A stretch of DNA of 32,000 nucleotides from Candidatus Nanobsidianus stetteri. GTDB lineage: Archaea > Nanobdellota > Nanobdellia > Nanobdellales > Nanobdellaceae. Positions within the stretch are counted from its first letter, which is position 1, and each line of letters starts with the position of its first letter. Location: the NCBI GenBank assembly GCA_000387965.1, contig APJZ01000001.1:90001-122000 (forward strand). Direction: 5' to 3'. A program made the translations under genes and the position numbers. Below are positions 25,573 to 32,000 of this stretch, in pieces. The notes beneath the pieces were generated by a model, which saw only the letters and a program-made list of their open reading frames with translations, was not told the DNA's origin and searched no databases.

Positions 25573-28005
25573 ATGAGATTGCCTAAGGATGTAAAACCAA
25601 CTAAATATTATATAAAATTAGATGTAGATATTAATAATTTAGAATATAGGGGAGAAGAAATTATAGATATTGATATAAATAAACCTACAAATAAAATATA
25701 CTTACATTCAAGAGATATAAAAATAGAATTAATAAAATTGGATAATAAAAGGGTAAGCTTTAGAAATATAGATAATGAAACAATTGAAATAAATCTATAT
25801 AATAAATATTATGGAAAAAAGAAATTATATATAAAATTTAAAGGAAAGGTAAGAAATGACCTAATTGGATTTTACTTAAGTAAGGGAAAGGATAAAATAT
25901 TAACTACACAATTTGAACCTACATATGCAAGATATTTTATTCCATGTTTTGATGAACCTGAATTTAAGGCAGAATTCGAATTAGAAGTAAAAGTAGATAA
26001 AGATTATGATGTAATATCTAATACAGAAATAGAAAATGAAGAGACAAATGAGGATTATAAAATTGTAAAATTTAAGAAAACTCCGCCAATGTCTACATAT
26101 TTACTATATTTAGGAATAGGAAAATTTGATTATCTAGAAGATAAATATGAAAATAAGAAAATAAGAATTGTTACTGATATTGGTAAATCTGAAGATGGAG
26201 AAAATGCTTTAGATTGGGCAAAAAAAGTATTAAAATATTATGAAAATTATTCTTCAATAGAATATCCATTGGAAAAATTGGATTTAATTGCTGTACCAGA
26301 TTTTGCTGCTGGGGCAATGGAAAATTGGGGCGCAATTACATTTAGAGAATCTGCATTATTATATAAAGAAGATTATTATTCATATGGACAGAGATTAAGA
26401 ATATATGAAGTTATAGCTCATGAATTATGGCACCAATGGTCTGGAAATTTGGTTACTATGAAATGGTGGGATGATCTTTGGTTAAATGAATCTTTTGCAA
26501 CATATATGGCATATAAAGCTATGGATGAATTATTAAATGAAGATAATATTGGATCAAATTATATGTATACTTCTAATACATATGAAGCAAAATTTGAAGA
26601 TTCTACAATTTATACACATCCAATAAATGTTAAAGTAGAAAAAGAAGAAGAAATTGAGAGTATTTTCGATAGTATAAGTTATGGAAAAGGGGGAAATGTA
26701 TTGAGAATGATAGACAATTATCTAGGATATGATAAATTTAGGGTTGCAATAATAAATTATTTACATAAATATAAATATTCTAATGCTAGTTCTTCAGATT
26801 TATTTAAAGAATTTGAATTAATTGGAGGAAAATATATAAGAGAAATGATTGAAAAATTCGTAAATTCTCCAGGTTATCCAATAATAAATGTACATTATAA
26901 TAATCTTGTAATACATTTGTCTCAATCAAGATTTTTATATAATAAGAAAGAAAACAAGAAATGGACGGTTCCTTTATTTTTAGATATTGAAGGAGAAAAA
27001 ATGAACACATTATTCAATAAATCAAAGGGAAAGATTATACTTAAAAGAGATCCTAGATATTTTATAATTAATAGAGATGCTATTGGTTTTTACGTATCAA
27101 ATTATGAAAATTTAGAATATATAGGGAATGCAATTAAGGAAAAGAAAATATCACCATTAAGTAGGGCTGTTATTTTACATGATTATTATTTATTAGCATT
27201 AATGAATAAAATTAAATTAAAGAAATTGTTTGAATTAATTGAATATTATAGAAATGAAGATAATTGGCTAGTTTTATCAATATTATATACAATATTATAT
27301 GATATATCATTTTACTTTAATATAGAAGAAAAGAAAATATTTGAACATTATATAGATATATTTAAGAATTATTATAATATAGAAATAAAGGACTATAATA
27401 GTTTAATGTTAAAAAGATTGGCATATAAAACATTAGGATTCTTAAATGATTATAATATAATAAAAGATTCATTTAATAAATTCAAAGAGTGGGAAAAATT
27501 GAATAATAATGATAAACAAGTTATATCAGATATAATTGGTTTACATGGAGGAACAAATGAATATATGAGAATGTATAATCTATATTCAAAATCGCAAAAC
27601 CCAGAAGAGAGGATAATATTATTAAGAGGATTATCTAATTTTAGAAGAACTAGCATAATTGTGGATTTATTAGATAAAGCAATAGATAATTATATAAAAT
27701 TACAAGATTGGAGAACATTATTTGTAAGCATATCAAAAAATCCAGAGGTTGTTTATGTATTATATCAATGGTTTAAGGATAATATTAATGAAATAAAAAA
27801 ATATGAGAAAGCATATTTAGTTATGAGAGATGTTATAAGAAGCTTGTTTGAAGCATATACTGGAAATATTGTAAAAGATATTAAACAATTCTTGATAAAA
27901 AACTTACCAAAATATAAGAATGATATAATAAAATTCAGCCATTATTCTGAAATATATACAAATTTCATATCAAAGAATAAAGAAGATATAGAAGATTTAT
28001 TATGA
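25573..28005 (+). CDS. M1-family zinc aminopeptidase (aminopeptidase N / tricorn-interacting-factor-like)
   Basis: It has the exopeptidase motif GAMENWG and the zinc site HELWHQWSGNLVTMKWWDDLWLNESFA (HExxH-x18-E). Confidence 0.93.
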   Translation: MRLPKDVKPTKYYIKLDVDINNLEYRGEEIIDIDINKPTNKIYLHSRDIKIELIKLDNKRVSFRNIDNETIEINLYNKYYGKKKLYIKFKGKVRNDLIGFYLSKGKDKILTTQFEPTYARYFIPCFDEPEFKAEFELEVKVDKDYDVISNTEIENEETNEDYKIVKFKKTPPMSTYLLYLGIGKFDYLEDKYENKKIRIVTDIGKSEDGENALDWAKKVLKYYENYSSIEYPLEKLDLIAVPDFAAGAMENWGAITFRESALLYKEDYYSYGQRLRIYEVIAHELWHQWSGNLVTMKWWDDLWLNESFATYMAYKAMDELLNEDNIGSNYMYTSNTYEAKFEDSTIYTHPINVKVEKEEEIESIFDSISYGKGGNVLRMIDNYLGYDKFRVAIINYLHKYKYSNASSSDLFKEFELIGGKYIREMIEKFVNSPGYPIINVHYNNLVIHLSQSRFLYNKKENKKWTVPLFLDIEGEKMNTLFNKSKGKIILKRDPRYFIINRDAIGFYVSNYENLEYIGNAIKEKKISPLSRAVILHDYYLLALMNKIKLKKLFELIEYYRNEDNWLVLSILYTILYDISFYFNIEEKKIFEHYIDIFKNYYNIEIKDYNSLMLKRLAYKTLGFLNDYNIIKDSFNKFKEWEKLNNNDKQVISDIIGLHGGTNEYMRMYNLYSKSQNPEERIILLRGLSNFRRTSIIVDLLDKAIDNYIKLQDWRTLFVSISKNPEVVYVLYQWFKDNINEIKKYEKAYLVMRDVIRSLFEAYTGNIVKDIKQFLIKNLPKYKNDIIKFSHYSEIYTNFISKNKEDIEDLL

Positions 28006-28036
28006 ATTTATAAAAATAATAATTAACAATGATCTT

Positions 28037-30172
28037 ATGGAAAGTAAAGATATTGTATTAATTACATCCGCATTACCATATGTAAATAATGTACCACATA
28101 TAGGACACATTGCTGGAAGTCTTTTACCCTCAGATATATTTGCGAGATACAATAGATTAAAAGGTAATATTGTATTTTATTTATGTGGAACAGATGACCA
28201 TGGATCTGCTACAGAAGTAGAAGCAATCAAAAGAAATAAAAAACCAGAAGAAATAGTAAATTTTTTTCATAATGTACATAAGGAAGTATATAAATGGTTT
28301 AATTTATCATTTGATCAATTTAGCCAAACATCAAATAATCCTTTACATTATAAAATAGTACAAGAATTGTTTATTAAAGCGTATATAAACGGTTATATAG
28401 TAGAAAAAGAGGTTGAATTACCATATGATCCTGAATGGAATAAATTTCTGGCAGACAGATTTGTTGTAGGAAAATGTCCATATTGTGGATATGAAAATGC
28501 TAGAGGAGATCAATGTGAAAGTTGTGGTAGATTATTAGATCCTAAGGAACTAATTGATCCAAAGAATTCAATTACCGGGAACAAAATTATATTTAGAAAA
28601 ACAAAACATCTATATTTAAATTTAACTAAATTAGAAGATAAAATAAAAGAATATTTAGAAGGTAAGAAAGGTATATTTACAGATCTAGCAATAACAATGT
28701 CTTTATCATGGATAAAAGAGGGTTTGAAGGAAAGAAGTATAACTAGAGATTTATCTTTCGGAGTACCAGTTCCATATAAAGAATTATGGCAAGTAACAAT
28801 TAAGAAAATATTCGACAAATTATCGTTTAATTCAAAGGATTCTTTTGTTGATTCTTTAATAAATGCATTAAAAGATGAAGGTTTAGTAATAAATACAGAT
28901 GAATATACAAATATTTTAAAAATTGTAGAAGAAAATTGGCCAAAAGTTGATAGTATATTAAATTTATACAATCATTTTGAAGAGTATAAAGATAAAGTAT
29001 TATATGTTTGGTATGATGCTCTAATTGGATATATATCATTTATTGCACAAAAATTAAAGGGAGAATATGTATATGATGATGTAAAAGATGAAAATATTAA
29101 TGATTTATCTTTATTAGAAGATAATGGGAAAATAATAAAAATAAAAATAAATAACAAAATATATGAATTAGAATATAAAATAGATGGAAGTATTTTATAT
29201 TTATCAGGATTATATAGTGAATTTTTTAATTTATATAAAATATTAAAATTCTTATTTGAGAATAAAAAAGTTATAAAAATCGTTTTAGATATTAATTGGA
29301 GGGAATTTTGGATAAATGGAAAAATATACCACTTTTTAGGTAAAGATAATATTCCATTTCATGCAGTATTTTGGCCAGCTATTTTATTATCTACACATAA
29401 TGTAAGTGATAATTATAAAGAATTCTTTGAATATACAAAATTAGATAATTATGTTTTACCATATAATGTAATTGGGTTATCTTATTTAACATATGAAAAT
29501 AGAAAAATTAGTAAAAGTCAAAATTGGGGTATATTCTGTGATTCTTTAATTAAATCAGAACTTGATCCTGACTATTGGAGATTTTATATTTCATATATTT
29601 TACCATATAATAGAGATTCAGATTTTAAATGGGACGATTTTCAATCTGTTATAAATACTGAATTAGTAAATAATATAGGAAATCTTACTCATAGAATTTT
29701 GTCTTTTGTTAGAAAATATTATAATAATAAAATAGATGGTGATATTAGAAAAGATGTTATAAACACAATAAATAATACATTAAATGAATATTATAAATAT
29801 ATGGATAAAGGAGAATTTAATTTAGCATTAAGGAAAATACTAGAATTATCTAGTTATGGAAATAAAATATTTCAAGAAAATAAACCATGGGAAAATCCTG
29901 GAAATAATAAAAGTTTAGTTAAATCTTTAATTATATTACTAATTTCAATATATACAATGTTATATCCATTTATACCAAATTCTTCAGAAAAATTCTTTGA
30001 ATTTATAAATTATAAATATATATCTTTTGATAACCTTAATACTCTTCTACAATTTTCTAATAATATAGTTATAGAGATAGTTAAGGAACCACAGGTTCTA
30101 TTTAATAAGGTTGATGATAACTTAATAAATAAATTAAAACAGACAGTAACTAAACCTTCTATATCTTTATAA
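28037..30172 (+). CDS. metG: Methionyl-tRNA synthetase with two internal insertions
   Basis: The HIGH motif is PHIGHIAGS, the zinc knuckle is CPYCGY...CESCG, and the core blocks are VLYVWYDALIGYIS and HFLGKDNIPFHAVFWPA. The KMSKS motif is KISKSQ. Confidence 0.93.
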   Translation: MESKDIVLITSALPYVNNVPHIGHIAGSLLPSDIFARYNRLKGNIVFYLCGTDDHGSATEVEAIKRNKKPEEIVNFFHNVHKEVYKWFNLSFDQFSQTSNNPLHYKIVQELFIKAYINGYIVEKEVELPYDPEWNKFLADRFVVGKCPYCGYENARGDQCESCGRLLDPKELIDPKNSITGNKIIFRKTKHLYLNLTKLEDKIKEYLEGKKGIFTDLAITMSLSWIKEGLKERSITRDLSFGVPVPYKELWQVTIKKIFDKLSFNSKDSFVDSLINALKDEGLVINTDEYTNILKIVEENWPKVDSILNLYNHFEEYKDKVLYVWYDALIGYISFIAQKLKGEYVYDDVKDENINDLSLLEDNGKIIKIKINNKIYELEYKIDGSILYLSGLYSEFFNLYKILKFLFENKKVIKIVLDINWREFWINGKIYHFLGKDNIPFHAVFWPAILLSTHNVSDNYKEFFEYTKLDNYVLPYNVIGLSYLTYENRKISKSQNWGIFCDSLIKSELDPDYWRFYISYILPYNRDSDFKWDDFQSVINTELVNNIGNLTHRILSFVRKYYNNKIDGDIRKDVINTINNTLNEYYKYMDKGEFNLALRKILELSSYGNKIFQENKPWENPGNNKSLVKSLIILLISIYTMLYPFIPNSSEKFFEFINYKYISFDNLNTLLQFSNNIVIEIVKEPQVLFNKVDDNLINKLKQTVTKPSISL

Positions 30173-30210
30173 ATAAAAATTTATAAGCCAAAAATAAAAA
30201 ATTAAAAATA

Positions 30211-30240
30211 TGGAGGAAGCCAACGAAAACCCGCGTCTAC
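30211..30240. other. Isolated GC-rich island in an otherwise A/T-only spacer
   Basis: tggaggaagccaacgaaaacccgcgtctac contains CCCGCG and GCC, which are almost absent from the surrounding kilobases. It sits 38 nt after the metG stop. Function is unknown. Confidence 0.5.
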
Positions 30241-30290
30241 TATATTTAATATATTCCACAAATAAATATCTAGTATATTATTCTACTTTA

Positions 30291-30330
30291 TTTCTTTTGT
30301 TCTTCTTTCTTTTCTTCTTTCTTCTTCGCC
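30291..30330. repeat. 40-nt polypyrimidine (plus strand) / polypurine (minus strand) tract
   Basis: tttcttttgttcttctttcttttcttctttcttcttcgcc has 38 of 40 pyrimidines; the only purines are G at 30299 and 30328. Confidence 0.9.
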
Positions 30331-30510
30331 ATAATATATTATTCTATAAAATGTTTAAAAATCTTTCATTTTTTTATGACTTCAAATGAATACTAATATG
30401 TAGTAAAACAATGAACAGATTGTATATTTATAAATAATTTATAAAGGGATTATATATAAATATTTATAAAGTAATCAAAATATTTAGAAATATTGAAATA
30501 ATACATACTA

Positions 30511-30524
30511 TTTAGATATCTAAA
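30511..30524. repeat. Perfect 14-bp palindrome tttagatatctaaa
   Basis: It is self-complementary by inspection and lies in the ORF-free part of the metG-trm5 spacer. Confidence 0.85.
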
Positions 30525-30680
30525 GATATGATATATAAATAAATATTGGCTAAAAGATTATATAATCAACATATTTAAGATAGTGAGAAAAATTAAGAAT
30601 AAAGAAAGGAAAAGGGAATAGTATAAATTTATTTAATAATAAAAAATAATATTTTTATTGTTTTTCATTTAAAATATATT

Positions 30681-31628
30681 ATGTCTTATGATATTGTAGG
30701 TGATATAGTTATAATTAAAAAGCCATTAAAATATGATGAGGAAGAATATGTAAAAAGAATATTGGAAAAGCATAAATTTATAAGAACAATTCTATTACAG
30801 GAAACGGATGTTTTACCTCCATATAGGATTCCGAAATATAAGATTTTATATGGGGAAAATAAAACTGAAACAATTAATGTTGAATATGGATTAAGATTTA
30901 AGGTAGACGTTGCTAGATGTTATTATTCTCCAAGATTGAGTAATGAGAGATATAGGATTGCAAAACAAGTAAAAGAAAATGAAGAAGTTCTAGTAATGTT
31001 TTCTGGTGTAAATGTATATTCTATATATATAGCAAAATATTCGAAAGCTAAGATAATTTATTCAATTGAGTTAAATCCTTTTGCAGTAAAATATGGATTA
31101 GAAAATATAAAAATAAACAAAGTAAATAATGTTATCACATTATTGGGGGATGTAAAAGATGTATCAAAATATATAGGTTATTTAGAAAATGGAGATGGGA
31201 TAATAAAAAATGATAAAGAATATATAAAAGATATAATTGATTCTGAATTGGAAATAAACAATCTATATATTTATGAATATGATGAGATAATAAAAAATAT
31301 AAAATATAAAAAATTAAGATATATTAGCGAATTAGAAAATTTAGAAAAATTTAATAAAAAGTTTGATAGGATTATAATGCCATTACCAAAGGAAAGTCAT
31401 ACATTTTTAGAATATGCAATACCTTTAATAAAAGATAATGGAATAATACATTTATATCAATTCTTTGAAGAAGAAAAAATAAGAGAAAAAGCAATAGATT
31501 TATTAGAAAAATATTCAAATGAATTAAACTTTAAATATGAAATATTAAACATTCTAAAAGTCGGTGATATATCTCCAGGAAATTACAGGGTTTGCATAGA
31601 TTTTAAAGTTATAAAAAACAAAATTTAA
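30681..31628 (+). CDS. Trm5/Taw2 (Met-10+) family tRNA G37 methyltransferase / wyosine-pathway transferase, with an internal insertion
   Basis: YDIVGDIVIIKK, LRFKVDVARCYYSPRLSNERYRIA, IYSIELNPFAVKYGLENIKINKVNNV, FDRIIMPLPKES and GIIHLYQF match the family layout. Confidence 0.8.
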   Translation: MSYDIVGDIVIIKKPLKYDEEEYVKRILEKHKFIRTILLQETDVLPPYRIPKYKILYGENKTETINVEYGLRFKVDVARCYYSPRLSNERYRIAKQVKENEEVLVMFSGVNVYSIYIAKYSKAKIIYSIELNPFAVKYGLENIKINKVNNVITLLGDVKDVSKYIGYLENGDGIIKNDKEYIKDIIDSELEINNLYIYEYDEIIKNIKYKKLRYISELENLEKFNKKFDRIIMPLPKESHTFLEYAIPLIKDNGIIHLYQFFEEEKIREKAIDLLEKYSNELNFKYEILNILKVGDISPGNYRVCIDFKVIKNKI

Positions 31629-31654
31629 AAATATCATAAAATTATTTTATCATA

Positions 31655-32000
31655 ATGAGAAGTGACTTCCTTACAACCCTTGTAATAATATTTGGTATTA
31701 TATTGGGAATTACAGTTATTCTATATTTGTTTGTGCCTCCTCAAGTAATATTGAAACTTTTGGGAAAAAATACCCAATCATCCAATTCTGTATCATTTAA
31801 AATATCATATATGTACTATACTTCGAATAGTATATATGCAATAATATACAATGGTGGACCGGATATAGATTTAAGTAATATGCAAATTACATATACATAT
31901 AGCCAAAATAGTTATCAAACTGGAACATGTAATATAGTTGTAAATAATTATACATTACCTTCAAATAGTCAAGAAATAATTGAATTAAATTGTACAAATG
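31655..32000 (+). CDS. N-terminally membrane-anchored Ser/Asn/Tyr-rich protein, partial (runs off the right edge)
   Basis: It is absent from the track because it has no in-window stop. My translation from the ATG at 31655 reads MRSDFLTTLVIIFGIILGITVILYLFVPPQ..., followed by beta-rich, Lys-poor sequence (AIIYNGGPDIDLSNMQITYTY). This loosely resembles archaeal pilin/FlaG-type surface proteins. Confidence 0.45.
   Translation, partial: MRSDFLTTLVIIFGIILGITVILYLFVPPQVILKLLGKNTQSSNSVSFKISYMYYTSNSIYAIIYNGGPDIDLSNMQITYTYSQNSYQTGTCNIVVNNYTLPSNSQEIIELNCTN

Noticed and set aside
28510-29157. A 153-aa minus-strand ORF (28510-28971), plus 70-aa and 61-aa ORFs, antisense to metG and coinciding with MetRS insertion 1
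   Set aside because: It is unusually long for an AT-rich antisense frame. However, in this register, stops arise only when a T- or C-ending sense codon precedes a TA- codon, or a T-ending sense codon precedes a CA- codon, which can be sparse by chance. The product is S/F/I/L-rich with no motif, and metG is intact across it. It would merit a look only if strand-specific RNA-seq or Ribo-seq shows antisense expression.
30211-30240. The GC-rich island as a split-tRNA half gene or other tRNA fragment (Nanoarchaeota encode tRNA halves)
   Set aside because: It is only about 30 nt long. I could find no D-arm or T-arm consensus (no GTTCRAATC-like loop, no acceptor or T stems) on either strand, and no internal hairpin longer than 3-4 bp. 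It is kept as an unexplained element rather than called as an RNA gene.
30288-30332. The minus-strand 14-codon ORF MAKKKEEKKEEQKK as a tiny ribosomal-protein-like gene (L41e-type)
   Set aside because: Known very small ribosomal proteins are Arg/Lys-rich without alternating Glu. This sequence is just the translation of a polypurine tract. There is no evidence of conservation, so it is treated as part of the unexplained spacer.
30390-30680. The AT-rich ORF-free block as a replication origin (DUE plus ORB boxes)
   Set aside because: There are no dyad-symmetric ORB or mini-ORB repeats of the TCCA..TGGA type; only one weak half-site (ttccacaaa) occurs at about 30254. No flanking orc1/cdc6 gene is present. 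The repeated TTTATAAA and AAATAAATAT strings are expected by chance at this base composition. This is mentioned only as one possibility to test.
1-32000. A search for CRISPR arrays, IS elements, integrases, toxin-antitoxin pairs, rRNA or tRNA genes, or defence islands
   Set aside because: By eye I found no spaced direct repeats, no transposase, integrase or Cas-like ORFs, and no GC-rich blocks of tRNA or rRNA size. Every ORF longer than 90 aa outside shadow frames is assigned to a housekeeping family, except the 92- and 93-aa hypotheticals and the 128-aa membrane protein (the 79-aa ORF is also unassigned). The window looks like core chromosome rather than an accessory island.

Overview
This is an extremely AT-rich, very gene-dense archaeal chromosome segment. 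Spacers are tiny and many gene pairs overlap by 4-19 nt. Nearly all genes are informational or housekeeping. The DNA and protein-turnover genes are the PolD large subunit DP2 (partial at the left edge and absent from the ORF track), an Hjc-like resolvase, an overlapping cdc48 / E1-like / rRNA-methyltransferase operon, dCTP deaminase, an EndoIII-related HhH-GPD protein, Hef helicase-nuclease, a small DHH phosphoesterase and a single-chain AEP primase. The translation genes are ribosomal proteins eL18, uL13, uS9 and eL31, AspRS, MetRS, and TrmJ-like, Trm1 and Trm5/Taw2-like tRNA enzymes. The remainder are a peroxiredoxin, a membrane GT2 synthase-like glycosyltransferase, a three-domain thymidylate synthase, a rhomboid protease, an M1 aminopeptidase and a few small hypotheticals. 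PolD, Hef, Hjc, e-type ribosomal proteins, a compact cysteine-poor primase, K/I/N/E-rich proteins and start codons about 25-28 nt from TATA-like boxes together fit a reduced-genome DPANN/Nanoarchaeota-like thermophile; this taxonomic call is inference. I found no rRNA, tRNA, CRISPR array, transposase or integrase. The observations most worth follow-up are: (1) an ArmA/RmtB-type 16S rRNA m7G1405 methyltransferase homologue that appears translationally coupled to an E1-like enzyme and Cdc48; (2) perfect 82-nt and 32-nt nucleotide repeats between the two AAA modules of cdc48; (3) a sequon-rich, lysine-poor surface-type protein with no signal peptide; (4) a primase with a single cysteine; (5) a thymidylate synthase flanked by two apparently pterin-associated extra domains; (6) large lineage-specific insertions in MetRS and Trm5; and (7) a 508-bp ORF-poor spacer holding a GC-rich island, a 40-nt polypyrimidine tract and a 14-bp palindrome. 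All homology statements come from reading the translations against remembered family motifs. No database search was run.
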